Positions 1 to 13,374 of a stretch of 64,000 nt of DNA are shown in pieces. A program made the translations under genes and the position numbers. The notes beneath the pieces were generated by a model. It did no database searches. It worked only from the letters and a program-made list of their open reading frames with translations, and was not told where the DNA came from. Position 1 is the first letter of the stretch, and each line of letters starts with the position of its first letter. The DNA is from Macrostomum lignano (Eukaryota), in NCBI GenBank assembly GCA_002269645.1, contig NIVC01000771.1, forward strand, positions 1-64,000, given 5' to 3'.

Positions 1-499
1 TACTGCTATTTAAACTTTTGCTTGGCCGTTAATTTTCACTTCTAACTATTTTCCACGGCCTAAAAATTAGTTGCATTTGATTCATTTGTTTTTAATGGGG
101 ATGATGGTTCTTGAGTCCGGCGCAAAGTAGAACTGAATGCATTCTTTTCACTTTATTACATATTTTGTATTTGTGACTTCTGTCACGTGACTTTTAGTGT
201 TGTTTCTCGTGCTTAACAGTACTGGGTCGATAATAATCCCAGTACTCTGCTAAATAAATGATGGTCCACCTAAACGGTGTTTTTGGAGGTCCACCTAAAA
301 CAGGTCCGGGCTGGTCCAGCTATCCTAGTTAAAAGTGACATGTAGTTTCCACGAGATCGCTAATCTGCAGGCTTAACTGAAAGACAACCCACGCTAACTT
401 TTCCTGTAGACACAAAAGACACCGGTTTTATAGCGAAACTAGGTGGTCCACCTAATGCATTAACCAAACTCTGGTCCCGCTAAACACACAAACAGCGGT

Positions 500-512
500 A
501 TGTCTGTCTGTG

Positions 513-599
<87 letters not shown>

Positions 600-628
600 A
601 TGTCTGTCTGCCTGTCTGTCTGTCTGCC

Positions 629-671
<43 letters not shown>

Positions 672-672
672 A

Positions 673-743
<71 letters not shown>

Positions 744-744
744 A

Positions 745-793
<49 letters not shown>

Positions 794-807
794 TCTGTCT
801 GTCTGCC

Positions 808-868
<61 letters not shown>

Positions 869-907
869 GCCTGTCTGTCTGTCTGTCGGTCTGTCTATCT
901 GCCTGCC

Positions 908-960
<53 letters not shown>

Positions 961-1015
961 GCCTGCTTGTCTGTCTGTCTGTCTGTCTGCCTGCCTGTCT
1001 GTCTGTCTGTCTGTC
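500..1015. repeat. (TCTG)n microsatellite
   Basis: Near-perfect tetranucleotide array; the SVCL-type ORFs across it are artefacts. Confidence 0.98.
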
Positions 1016-1180
1016 GAATCCAAATAAATTAGCTGAGTGTATTCACAGGCCTTGGCCCACCTGCATACCACTGCAGAGCATCCACAGTGCTTAGGAGGAC
1101 GCAATTAACCATTATGTGGAAATGTCACTTATAAAATATGTTAAACTTCACCTGCACATTTGATAAATCAGTGACACCCG

Positions 1181-1990
1181 ATGTCAGCTGTTCGGGTGTC
1201 AGCTGTGTGGGTGTCAGCTGTGTGAGTGTCAGCTGTGTGGATGTCAGTTTCAGGTGTCAGCTGTGTGGATGTCAGCTGTCTGGATGTCAGCTGTGCGGGT
1301 GTCAGCTGTGTGGGTGTCAGCTGTGTGGGTGTCAGCTGTGTGGGTGTTAGCTGTGTGGGTGTCAGCTGTGTTAGCTGTGGTGTCAGCTGTGTGGGTGTCA
1401 GCTGTGTGGGTATCAGCTGTGTGGGTATCAGCTGTGTGAGTGTCAGCTGTGTGGTTGTCAGCTGTGTGAATGTCAGCTGGTGGGTGTCAGCTGTGTCAGC
1501 TGTGCGGGTGTCAGCTGTGTGGGTGTCAGCTGTGTCAGCTGTGCGGGTGTCAGCTGTGTGGGTGTCAGCTGTGTGGGTATCAGCTGTGTGGGTATCAGCT
1601 GTGTGAGTGTCAGCTGTGTGGTTGTCAGCTGTGTGAATGTCAGCTGTGTGGGTGTCAGCTGTGTCAGCTGTGCGGGTGTCAGCTGTGTGGGTGTCAGCTG
1701 TGTCAGCTGTGCGGGTGTCAGCTGTGCGGGTGTCAGCTGTGTGAGTGTCAGTTGTGTGGGTGTCAGCTGTGTGAGTGTCAGCTGTGTGGGTGTCAGCTGT
1801 GTCAGTTGTGCGGGTGTCAGCTGTGTGGGTGTCAGGTGTGTGGGTAGCAGCTGTGTGGGTATCAGCTGTGTGGCTGTCAGTTGTGTGAGTGTCAGCTGTG
1901 TGGGTGTCAGCTGTGTGAGTGTCAGTTGTGTGGGTGTCAGCTGTGTGAGTGTCAGCTGTGTGGGTGTCAGCTGTGTGAGTGTCAGCTGTG
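1181..1990. repeat. 15-bp minisatellite (GGTGTCAGCTGTGTG)n
   Basis: Tandem 15-bp units with 9-bp truncated variants; the GVSCV/CGCQL ORFs are artefacts. Confidence 0.97.
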
Positions 1991-2391
1991 TTCCAATGTT
2001 GTAGATTTAAGCATTAACATAAACAGCTCTGCAAGGCACTCTCGATTGTTTCAATAAAAAATTTAAGCTCACATTCATATTCATATTCAGATGTTAACGA
2101 AGCGCCTAGACGGGCCAGTGAGCAGTGATTTATGAGCAATTAAATTTATTATCATGCACTCATATTAGCGTACAATCCACTGCAAGATTCACTCAAGCAA
2201 AACTTATTAGTTAAACCAAATAATAGTAGTTCCCACTGTTAGAGTTTCAATCGCGATTCTTCAATCTTTGTAAAATGTTTTCTTTTACTTGTTTAATCAA
2301 TTATAATATACTTGGCGATGCCAAAATTTTACTAATCAATCTATAGTGCAGTAGACATTGTGGGTCCTTACCTGCTTGATTTTACTTCGCG

Positions 2392-2653
2392 AAATCGGCC
2401 CCGACATTGGCGCAGACCAGCATTCTCCATAACTGCATCCATCATCTTTGTTGCCCTGCTGGCTCGCTATCGCAAAGATGCCTTCAGAGCCGTCTGGTCT
2501 CCCTGTCAAAGAATTCGCGTTCTGTGCTCGAGCGCTCTTGTCAAACAGGGATTTCAAAGAGGACTTTAGTAGAAGAGCGGGAAATTTGTTGAGACTCTTT
2601 GGGGTTGACATCATAGGCACGCATGGAATGAGAGCTTGGAATGTTTTGCCTTT
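2392..2653 (-). other. Candidate coding exon of an unidentified gene
   Basis: Open frame (...GRPDGSEGIFAIASQQGNKDDGCSYGECWSAPMSGPISRSKIKQ) ends in phase 0 at a consensus donor CAG|GTAAG at 2392/2391. The same segment recurs at ~63859-64000. No acceptor or family recognised. Confidence 0.3.
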
Positions 2654-3049
2654 TCAAAGACGTGTAGAAACTGGGGTCGGATCGGGTGCCCAACCAATGT
2701 ACTACTATTTATGTGCCAACTGCTGCTAAAATTTAGCAGAATCGATTGGTTTGAGTCACTGGTTCGCCAACCAACAAGATAACAAGAACGGAGGAAAATA
2801 TGCGCAAAGCCGCGGACATTGGTCGCTAGGGCTGTTATTCCAGTCTTCAGATCATCCAGTCTTCCGATCTGCGTTCTTCCAGTCCTCCGATGTTGCATCT
2901 TTCAGTATTCCGGGTCTTCCGGTCTTCCTGTCTACCACTCTTCCCACCTTCCAGTCTACCACCTTAGCCTAGAGTCTATGCCAACGAGGTTTTTAAGTGC
3001 CAGTATTTAAGGCTCTGGTTTTCAACTGCACGAAAGGCTGGCGGTTTTG

Positions 3050-3790
3050 CGTACAGCTGCATCACGCTAGGGGGTATGCGGACTGCCCTTCATCGCTTCT
3101 TGCTTGCCTGGCGGGGCTGTCACTAATCGATAGGCCAGAATTCTTTGAGTTGAATAAGACTGTCAGGGCAACTGACGACGGTGACTTAGGCAAGCTCTCT
3201 GCGTACTTTGACCAGGCTGACCCAAATAAGTTGCAACACGCGGTGTTCTTCCTGATCGTTTACCATTTTGAATTCAGGGACGTGAGTGATTACACCTTTC
3301 AACAAAAAGGATGTTGTCGTGAGTTGCCGCGATGAAGAAGTGGAATGCATCGACCTCGTAAAGGGAAAAAAAGGATAAGGTCTCGGCAAAGAGTAAAAGT
3401 ACGAGTAAGAGGCAGCAAATAGGCATATTTCCGGTGACTGAAAAGGCCGAATGTCCTGTTGAAGAAATGAATCTTTACTTGTCAAAGCCGTCAGAGGAGA
3501 ATCCAAATGAAACGATGAGGAGTGTTAGTGACCGAAGGAAGTTCTAGACAAGAGCAGCCTGGCTTAACTAATGAAATTACTCGTAATACAAGCTATCTAA
3601 AGCTGCCCACCTTTCTCAATCGTCCAGTACCCATTCGATCGACCGTGATCATGACCTTGTCGGAACGAGGATTCAATCCCGAGCGGATTCAGGGCGTCTC
3701 CGGTGACAAGAAAGCAAAGTGTCGTTGGTTACGCCAAGCCTATCTCAATGGAAAAAAGCGCACGCTTTCGATTGCAACGACACCTGGCTT
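3050..3790 (+). mobile_element. Decayed Crypton-like (DUF3504/KCTD1-ZMYM type) tyrosine-recombinase remnant
   Basis: Motifs spread over several frames: LIDRPEFFELNKTVRA, DLGKLSAYFD...LQHAVFFLIVYHFEFR, ECPVEEMNLYLSK, (TH)-IRSTVIMTLSERGFNPERIQGVSG, then SVVGYAKP after a frameshift. Interrupted by stops and frameshifts. Confidence 0.75.
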
Positions 3791-5162
3791 GCATCAACCC
3801 AAAAGAGACTGGATGCCGTAGTCCTGCCAAAGCGAGTGGCGCTGGACCTGAAGGTGGCACCTGCTTCCACCACTGTTGAACTACCTGCTTCTATAGTGCG
3901 TTTCAGGTCGCGTCTGCAGCCGCGTCGTTTGAGTCGACTGAGAGCTAGCTGGAGTCAACTGTTGTGTTGGATAATTAGAAGGCATCAAGTGTTTTATATA
4001 CACGTAAGTAGAAGTGGTTTGAAGTGGTTTAGGTAACTCAGTACTGTCATTTGTTCTATGTTTTATGGTTACATCGAAATTTTTCTAATCAATTATATGC
4101 TGGTTTAATAATGCGCTCTCTAACATACATGTGAAACTGTTGTGAAACTGTTGATTCATGCAAGCTAAACGTAGTCTATGTTAATAAACGGATTAAAGGG
4201 GAAAGTATGTCATGGTACAATGTCGGCCATAGACTGGGTTTTAAACTATGCAACAGGAGACAATTTCTTTCCACGACCACAGTCATTAGAAGTTTTCGAG
4301 TCGAAAAATGTGATGTATGGCGTAAAATATCTGTGCTCATTAATGGAACACATCAGTGAAGTGTGTTCCCTCTCGTAGCTATACAAGAATCATTGCATTC
4401 GCGTCACGCGTATCACAGGCACGTATTTGACACGTGGTCACTTGTTATTTGTAATGATTTATCGCCCGACAGGGATTGAGCATTGAAGAAAGTCTCGACA
4501 TCCGTGAGCACCAGTATTCAACGTCAAGTGTCGGACCAATGACCACAGTATGTCATAACAGGACAATAAACGATCGTGTAATTTTTTAGGAGAGACTCCT
4601 GGAATAAATACACTGCAAAGATAGGAAATATCGTTATTTTATCACAAAATGATTGCATTCGACCTGGGACAGTGAAGATTACCATTGTTTAGTTTAGCAT
4701 GTACATCATGTGAGAAGTGTCAAACGGTTCGCTAACCCGTTGATCCACAAATGCTGTCCATACGAGTACATGCATACGCGTTCGAATAAGATTACACGTA
4801 CGTACCCAAAAAAAGGTAAAAAATTCCATTAAATGAAACATGTGCATGCACATTATATGCTCGTGTAAAATAATTTACAATAAATACATTAAAGCAGTAT
4901 GCCAAGAGTAAAGAGTCAACAGGTCATTTGGTAATAACTGAATTTGTTATTGTACGAACGAAACTGTTATTGAAACAATCAATATGTCAGCATATTTAAA
5001 CAAGCTATATATTTCATGAGAGTATGCATATGCATATATCTAAGTAATGTATATTCAGGAAAGTTCCAGGCTCCAACAATCCAGCTCGGTCTTCTCCCGC
5101 AGGCGACTCTGCCACAGCAGTGCGGGGTGGCAGCGGCCGTCACTGCTTGCACACAGCGGCCT

Positions 5163-5491
5163 TCACTGCTTGCACACAGCGGCCAGCAGGGCCAGAGCCG
5201 CGGTCAGCAGGAGGCCGCTGGGACCGAACTGCCTCGGCGAAGAGTTGCACAGGTCGGTGTCGCAGCACCAGCTTTTGCTGGTGGCCACGCAGGCAGGGCA
5301 GCCGTGCGGCCGATGACGCCAGCCGCTTTAACCTTGACGCAGTAGCTGCCGCTGACAGTCTGGGTGCTGCTGGAGACGGAGCTGCAGTCTGCGCATTCGT
5401 AGCACTTGACGGCGTCGGCCGGAGCGGGCAGAAGGCAGACGGAGGCCAGGAGGCCGAGTGTTGCCAGGCGGAGCACTTGGTGAGACTGCAT
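5163..5491 (-). pseudogene. Ly6/uPAR (three-finger) GPI-anchored protein, copy 1, with 1-nt deletion (pseudogene or assembly error)
   Basis: Near-identical to 13566-13895. It is 329 nt vs 330 nt, missing one C in GCCC(C)TGCC near 5297. Restoring it gives ...AAPACVATSKSWCCDTDLCNSSPRQFGPSGLLLTAALALLAAVCKQ*. Confidence 0.85.
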
Positions 5492-5542
5492 GCTGAAGGT
5501 AGGTGATGTCTCGCTGAGACTGGGGCTGCTTTGAGTGTTGGC

Positions 5543-5558
5543 TTAAATAGACGCGACC
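5543..5558 (-). promoter_or_regulatory. Candidate TATA-like element of Ly6 copy 1
   Basis: GGTCGCGTC-TATTTAA about 50 nt upstream of the ATG; GGTCGCGTC-TATTAAA lies at the same place in copy 2 (13940-13955). Confidence 0.45.
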
Positions 5559-6514
5559 AGCCCTCCGCGCCAACCCCAGGTACCGAGGTGCAGTGTGAGC
5601 GTGTTGCCTATGCTCAGCCAGTTTAGAATCATTGCAGCTTGCAGCAACCCCGGCTTGGCCCAGCGGAGGGGGGGGGTTGATGCCGCTTGCACCCCGCGAT
5701 TCCACCCCGGCTTGGAAGGACAGACCAATCGGAGAGCGGCCTGAGCACAGGCACGTGGTGCTACCCATGGGAAACAGCCACCCCAGGCCCAGGGCCAGCC
5801 GCAACAAGTCTGATTTGAACGGCTCCAAGACCGGTATTATGCTTATTTTGTGATAAAAAGATGCCAAATTGAATCACTTGTTATAGTTGGGCTGGGGCTG
5901 GCTTTTATTGAACGTAGCGAGGCATCAGTCAGTGCTGACGCAATCTAATTGGCGGTGAATTTAAATCAGTCAAGAGTTGATAAAACTTGTTTTTTGAATG
6001 GATAGTAACAGCTCTGAATAATCAAATGAAAAACTGAGCTTCGAATGAAAAGGTCGGGTTGAAAACAACCGAGTTTTAAAGGTAAAATGTGCCAACTATC
6101 AAAGACACATTCATAGATTTTGGCGCATGACAAGCAGCTCAAGAAACAGCTCGCAAAGAACCTGAAATCCTTGAACCACTTAATTAAAAGTTACAATGAA
6201 AGAATGCTTTTTATCTTCAGCTAATGGATTATTTCCAAGGGCCTAGAGATCACAAAGTTAACTAAGTACACTCAGCAACATTGAAAAGCCGCCATCACAC
6301 AAGATTCCGTCTGTGGTCGCCACTTTTGAGAGTGCAGGAAGTCTCCCAATCTTTGCGAGTCAAATATTTCATTAAATTAATTAATCAAAGACTATTACCC
6401 GAGAATAGTTATTATCAGCACGAAATACCGAAGTCTATTGCTTATCACGTAAAGCTTAGGAACCATAGCAATGCTGCAACAATGAAGCGAAAACTAATTA
6501 AAATTTGTGAGCAA

Positions 6515-7810
6515 GCGACACAATCACGAAATATGAGTGAGAAAGTGACACAATCACAAAATATGAGTGAGCAAGTGACACAATCACGAAATATGAGTGA
6601 GCAAGTGACACAATCACGAAATATGAGTGAGCAAGTGACACAATCACGAAATATGAGTGAGCAAGTGACACAATCACGAAATATGAGTGAGCAAGCGACA
6701 CAATCACGAAATATGAGTGAGAAAGTGACACAATCACGAAATACGAGTGAGAAAGTGACACAATCACGAAATATGAGTGAGCAAGTGATACAATCACGAA
6801 ATATGAGTGAGCAAGTGACACAATCACGAAATATGAGTAAGAAAGTGACACAATCACAAAATATGAGTGAGCAAGTGAGACAATCACAAAATATGAGTGA
6901 GCAAGTGATACAATCACGAAATATGAGTGAGCAAGTGATACAACCACGAAATATGAGTGAGCAAGTGACACAATAACGAAATATGAGTGAGCAAGTGACA
7001 CAATCACGAAATATGAGTGAGCAAGCGACACAATCACGAAATATGAGTGAGCAAGTGACACAATCACGAAAGATGAGTGAGCAAGTGACAGAATCACGAA
7101 ATATAAGTGAGCAAGTGACACAAAATATGAGTGAGCAAGCGACACAATCACGAAATATGAGTGAGCAAGTGAGACAATCACAAAACATGAGCGAGAAAGT
7201 GAGACAGTCACAAAATATGAGTGAGAAAGTGAGACAATCACAAAACATGAGTGAGAAAGTGAGACAATCACAAAATATGAGCGAGAAAGTGAGACAATCA
7301 CAAAATATGAGTGAGAAAGTGAGACAATCACAAAATATGAGCGAGAAAGTGAGACAATCACAAAATATGAGCGAGAAAGTGAGACAATCACAAAATATGA
7401 GTGAGAAAGTGAGTCAATCACAAAACACGAGTGAGAAAACAATACAATTATAAAATATGAGTGGGAGAGTGAAACAGTCACAAAACATGAGTGAGAAAAC
7501 AAGGCAATTATAAAATATGTGTGGGAGAGTGAGACAATCACAAAACATGAGTGAGAAAACAAGACAATTATAAAATATGAGTGGGAGAGTGAAACAGTCA
7601 CAAAACATGAGTGAGAAAACAATACAATTATAAAATATGAGTGGGAGAGTGAAACAGTCACAAAACATGAGTGAGAAAACAAGGCAATTATAAAATATGT
7701 GTGGGAGAGTGAGACAATCACAAAACATGAGTGAGAAAGTCAGACAGTCACAAAATATGAGTGAGAAAACAATACAGTTATAAAATATGAGTGGGAGAGT
7801 GAGACAATCA
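6515..7810. repeat. 30-bp minisatellite (CAATCACGAAATATGAGTGAGCAAGTGACA)n
   Basis: About 43 units. Variants change along the array, ending in an alternating 60-bp dimer form at ~7430-7800. Confidence 0.97.
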
Positions 7811-9237
7811 GAAAATGAGCACCGGTTCCCTAGCAGTGCAGCACACTTGTCTATCAGCAGTCTGCATATTCCTTGAGAAAATAGCCACTTATCCCTAAGC
7901 AGTTCTGCAGCAATCCAAGCGTTTATTTGCAGATCCCACTGAGACTAAAAGCGCTCCAAAATGTGACGTCTCTCATCCAATAATTCACAACCGTTATAAT
8001 GCATACAGGTTTTAAATTCGATATAAATTCTCTAAGGGTTACGAGTATTAAAGTGCTTTAGTAAAATATAGAATCTACAGGTGAGATAGTGATGGATGTC
8101 AGGTAAATAACTGACTTTGTTTTAACTCAGATAAATTCTTTGCTTTACTGAAGACTTGAACTACCTTTCGGCCGTCGAAAAAATCACCGGCAGTCAATCA
8201 AAGTAAAAAGCGTCTACGATGCTCTAATTTGATTGTGCAACGTGCAGTCAAGCAGAGGCGCATTAATAAAGTCAGCTCAGCCTGTAATTTGGGCACATCG
8301 TGCAGCTCCCGGCTCAACAGATCGCCACCGAACTCGCCGCTTTCTGTCTTCTTGCAGACGGCGCCGCACGCTCTCCTGCCGGCTCAGCCGATCGAACTTG
8401 AGCTGATTGATCTCTGTAATAAATTGTCATCGTCTCATCTAAGAGCTACAAAGCCAGTCTTTTGCAGCAAATGGTACTTTGCAGAGCGTTGCGTACATGC
8501 GGACGAATGTACGGAGGCAGGCATCCGTGCCTTGACGGCTTCCAGCTCATTTCTCAGAAAATCGAGCGCACCTGCGTCCATCTACTTCAGTTGTCTGGTT
8601 GGCTAACAGATTTGCCCAAGATTGAGCCGGTCAGGATGTCCCGGAGCAAATTTGATAAAATATATTTTCGTGACAATACAAGTATAAGCCACAATGCATT
8701 CAGCATTGAGACTAACCAACCTACTCTGCTACACCATTACCCATGTAAAGCCATGTAGTTGCGGCTGCACAACTCAACAAGTCCAAGTTGATGAGTATTT
8801 TAGAAAAAATGAACAAAGTTATGCAGATTTTCAGTTTTCAATAGCCTAATGAGTCACTGTTGGTGTTCACCTTCACAAAAGTTATAAAATAGTCATTAGA
8901 AGTTAACTCTGCGTGGGCATCCAAAGGATTTGATTCAGGGTAGATATTTACTTCTTCAGTAGTGAAAACAAAAAATACAGCAGATTTATTAACAAACTAA
9001 ACATTTTCATCCAGCACACTTTGCATGTTAATTAGATTTGAGGTGTGCAAAACCGGAGCAGCTCCAATCGCTGGCGTCTGGAATGTGAAACTCTGAGAGT
9101 GTCTTAAATAAATATTTTAGTCAAAAAGGTTCGGACAAAAAACTACTTCACGAGCTAATTCAAAAAATCACAATTTAGTATTGGAAAGTTCAGTTTAATA
9201 AACATGAGTAGGTGCAGCTCCTTCCAGGTGAGAATCA

Positions 9238-10476
9238 CTACTCTATGTCAAATGGTGACAGGCATTCACAAAACGCGCCATCTATGTAGTCATGTTTGTT
9301 CCTCAGAGATATCGGACAGTCGTTCATCAATGGAATGGTGTTCCATCTGCAGGCATAATTCTCAGATTTCCCAGCGTTATCAGGCTGTCCTTTCTGCCAC
9401 AGATTGGGATCAATGGGGATCCGGCAGGTGTGCCAAAACCAGCCGCCTGCTGGTTCCCTGCTCCCGGGATCTTGACTGCCTCCGAGGAAAAAACTGAAAT
9501 GTTGACCCCGTCGCCGTCTGAACCATCTGTCATGCAGCCCTGCCAAGTAAAAATACTTGGCCCTGTCGATCGGCTCGGCCATGATGGTGAGTCCCGCTCC
9601 GCGTTGCAGCTGGCCAAGGCCGAGTCCCAGCGATGCGAGCGCGTCCGAACGAACTTGTACTTCACGCCACACCTGGCGAAGGTAGAGAAGCGTTATCGCC
9701 TTTGATTCTCGTAACAAGGGCATTCTCGATGCATTTGTATTAGCCTGGGGCTATCCGTGGAACATAAATTCATGAAGACCAACCCGAAAGCACAGAGTGA
9801 CAGAGCATTGAGGGCGGCCGTGCACCTCATGTGACTGTGTCATTCCCTGCGTACCCAAGGGTTCACTAAATGGGTTAGCAAAGCTGGAACACTTCCTCCT
9901 CGGTGGCTGGCACACAGGAAACCCAAAAGACCTACCAGGGCGCTAAGCGAAACAAAAACGCACGCACCTGTCGTGATGAAAGTCGGCCGGACACAAGGTG
10001 CCCGGTCGCAAGCCCGGCTGTCGCCTCACGTACAGCTTGGCGACGCGATTGCAGCTGCACTTGCGCACGTTCTTGCTGCACTTGTCAAACAAAAACAGTC
10101 TGCAGTGTCCACCCATCGTTGTGAAGGCTTGGCAGGTCTTGAATAAACTGCAGACTGCTGCGCATCTCTTGCGCGATTTTATGAAAACGAACCTGAAGAC
10201 GTATTTGGACTCGATGCAGTCCCGGCCGAAAACGGGATGGTAGTTTTTCAGATAAGCTGGCTTGTCTGAAGCTGGCTTGTCTGAATCTGGCTGGTCTGAA
10301 ATCGGTTCAAAGCGGTATCAGAGGCTTGCACAAAGCTATCTGTGCGGTACCTGGTTCAGAAAAGATAATACTCTTGGAAAACCTTCTTATTAGCTCTCAC
10401 CTGCCCAGTCAGCGGCTGCAATCAGGCTCAGGGCGAGAACAACCAGTCCGATGGCGAGCTTGTTATAATTGCTCAT
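9238..10476 (-). CDS. Secreted PAN/Apple + C-type lectin domain protein (3 exons; one 1-nt frameshift)
   Basis: Exons 10476-10401 (signal peptide MSNYNKLAIGLVVLALSLIAAADWA, phase 1), 10295-9968 (PAN motif RCAAVCSLFKTCQAFTTMGGHCRLF, phase 2) and 9672-9238 (CGVKYKFV..WDSALASC / FFLGG..GWFW..WQKGQPDNAGKSENYAC..MNDC..FCE). All introns are GT-AG and phase-compatible. Total 839 nt; one extra G at 9593-9595 gives 279 aa. Confidence 0.8.
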
Positions 10477-11278
10477 GTTGGGCAGCAATTTTCCGGAATG
10501 AATTCAGACGCGGCGGTTTTACGCTTTGAGTATTTGTATTTTCCAGATAAAATACTTCTTGAGCAGTGCGGTAGCCACTGCTTATTGCACAAACACTGCT
10601 GTGAATTCACCTGTATATATATTCTATGATTCAGAAATAATTCACGGATATGCACAAGAGACGAAAGCAAAATATCTGCCTTTCTCACATGCAGAAAGCG
10701 TTAGTCTCCCGGTTTTGTTCAGGCCGGATATCTTGGATTTCCGAACTCGTAAATTCCCGGAATCCTGTGTGGAATATCCCGGCTTCTTAGTGTATTTAAT
10801 AACACAATGAGAGCGCCAAAGTGAGTGCACTCATTCTGTTCGAGCTTGGAATAGGTGTACAGTTTATTTTTGGGCTGGAGTGGAGAGAGATGGAGTGGAG
10901 ACAGAAGAAATAAGAGATGGTCGCGCGCTTCACCTTGGCATGATGCTGTGATGCCCAAGAAGCGACGAGACGAAATTCTTTCAAATGCGTTAGCTATTTT
11001 TTCCAACTTACAATTGTGAGTCGGGTAAAGTGCGTAGGCAGCGCAAGGACCACTAGAAGTAATCTGGACGCAACACTAAAATATTGCAAAGTATTTGAAG
11101 GCTCACTTGTTTGCATTGCAGCTAAGAATTATGTGCTCATAACTGTGTATCAGCTGCGCTTGAAATGATGACATTTCGCTAGTTTTTTTTTAATTTTATT
11201 GTCTCTAAGACTGCCTAGCGTCTAAATCTTAGCCCTATGCTGACTAGGCTGAAAAGAAAAGTAAATACACTTCATACA

Positions 11279-12080
11279 TCAAAGCAGGATGCCACACCGT
11301 CGGAAGAAGACTGCTGTCATGACCTTGCGGACACTTCTCTCGCGTAGGAATGTGATGGGGTCATCCTCTTCGAAGGCAATCCACTGCCTGCTCTGGGATT
11401 TCGTCTCTGGGTTAAACAAGTGAACACAAGTTTCATCTCCTGTCATGATATTGTCCACCAATTTTGAAGCCCCTGCATCGAAATTGTTAAGCATGAAGTT
11501 AGCGAACTCAACACGAGCTTGCATCTGGGTCGGGTTCAAACGATGGGGCACCCAACGACACTTTCCTCATGCCCAGATGATCATGCAATATGAAAATGGC
11601 GCTTGAATTCGAGATTCCGACATGTTTTTTGATTTCGCGATCCGTCACTCGTCGATTTTCATCGAGCAGTCTTCGGACGCTGGCCACTGATGCGTTCGTA
11701 ATATTCGAATTCGGACGGCATTCGCGCTCATCATCGTCCAGCTCCAGGCAGCCAGAACGGAAACGACCAAATCGCTTGTACACCATCGTCTGGGATGGAG
11801 CTTCATTACCCAATGCTTTTTGAACCATCTGCAGGCACTCAGGGGCAGATTGGCCAAGTCAAAATTGAACAAGAATTGCGGCTTGTCTGTAACCCTCTGT
11901 CAATCGAAGTCAGGGTCTGGGGTTGTATCACTTTTTCGACCACTGCTTTGTAGCATTTTAGTCAAAGGGGCTGAAAATTGACATGAAAGACTTCAATATC
12001 TACTGAATTAAGCACATCAAATCTTATTTTATTTGCTTAAAAGGAAGTTCAATTTTCCGCGAACGTATTTAGCCACCCTG
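11279..12080 (-). mobile_element. 3'-truncated, frameshifted mariner (Tc1/mariner) element
   Basis: HTH region (APSQTMVYKRFGRFRSG...RRVTDREI...ILHDHLGMRKVS), VPHRLN (WVPHxL) and IMTGDET, in different frames. Terminus TA|CAGGGTGG at 12082-12073. No second TIR or rest of the DD34D triad seen. Confidence 0.9.
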
Positions 12081-13374
12081 TACAGTGGTCTTTGTGTCAG
12101 TGATCACGTCGATCATGAGCAAGCAAAGCGCCATAGCCATAATAAAATTGAAAGCTACTGAGAGACAATACCAAAAGTACGTGAGACTATGCGAGTGCCA
12201 TGTTAATTTTCCTCCGTACATGTAATGGTCAGTGAAGTAGTTAACAAGTCAGTGTATATGAATTTATCACACAATTTAGAGACCACTCTCCGAGCTTCCG
12301 CTGAGCAGCTCGACCATCTCTCTAGACGCGACGGAGCAGCTTCCGGTTCTTCAACGAAGGTCGCGGCTGCTTTGGCACAGCACCGGCGCTCAGCTAGCGA
12401 CGCAGCGGTGCGAGGCTACCGGCCGACCAGCGAGGACAGCCCGGACTACGAGGAGACACCGCGGATCGGTCGAGACACGATGGCGCAGACGATGGACAAT
12501 GGGCTAAATAATGGGCGTGGTGCCAACCAAAGATTTCACGACAGCAGGGTCGGTGATCTCTGCGTTGCATTGTGACTATAGTGTGCGGGAACATGGTTCA
12601 TCAAAATTTGATTCATAAACTCGAGCCTTGAATTCCAGCTATTCCAAACATAAAGTACCCAAATTTGTCTGAAGCAAAAATAAGATTCGCGTTGCGAAAA
12701 TACGGACCTATCTACTTGAAGTAGGACATTTAGTATATGGGACTGGCGTTCAGACTTCCACCTTTAATCAAGCAAGCAAGTTATAAAATAGGCCGGTAAG
12801 CAAAGTTCAAATTACCAATTGGTTCGCGCACCCTCAGATTCACAAATGCTCTTCCTATTTGTGGTTATGCAAGTAAGATATTCGAGCTTATGAACTGAAT
12901 TTATGTACTTAGGTCACTCTTGAGGTCACCAAAAAACTCAATAAATTAGCGCATTCGCGATCTATATCATTTTGTATAAGATTACATGCATTTACCTACG
13001 CAAATACTGGTAAGGTAAGTATATATAGAGTAGAGTAGTGTAACGATTCAGCAAGTCGTTTGGCAATAACAGAGTTTGTATTGTACGAGCCATTGTATTA
13101 TCGAAATGCATAATTAATATTTCAGTATATTTAAAAACTGGAAAACTGGCACAATGAGTCGCGAAACTGTATCAATAAATCAAAACGGATCGGCTGTACA
13201 TGTACCATTGAAAATTCGGAAATTATTGCATAGTAATTCTTCATAAAATGAAAGTGGTTTGGATTTAAACGGAAAATTTGTTGTTACGTAGTTACGTTAA
13301 ATAAGATAACGCTAGTTCAGTTTAGTTTCGGTCTTCTCCCGCAGGCGACTCTGCCGCAGCAGTGCTGGGTGGCA

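Noticed and set aside
218-247. Small inverted repeat and GGTCCACCTAA repeats at the window start
   Set aside because: Too short; element boundaries not visible within the window.
500-2004. Cys-rich ORFs (SVCL, CGCQL, GVSCV), also at 61303-63547
   Set aside because: Translations of micro- and minisatellites open in several frames; not metallothionein or keratin-associated genes.
6281-7728. Repetitive ORFs (QSRNMSEQVT)
   Set aside because: 30-bp satellite; open frames on both strands, no signal peptide or splice context.
8240-8610. Minus-strand coding-like pieces (MDAGALDFLRNELEAVKARM; QLKFDRLSRQESVRRRLQE)
   Set aside because: No consistent splice model or recognisable domain.
12225-12575. 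GC-rich 116-aa ORF
   Set aside because: Possible exon but no family, partner exons or paralog to support it.
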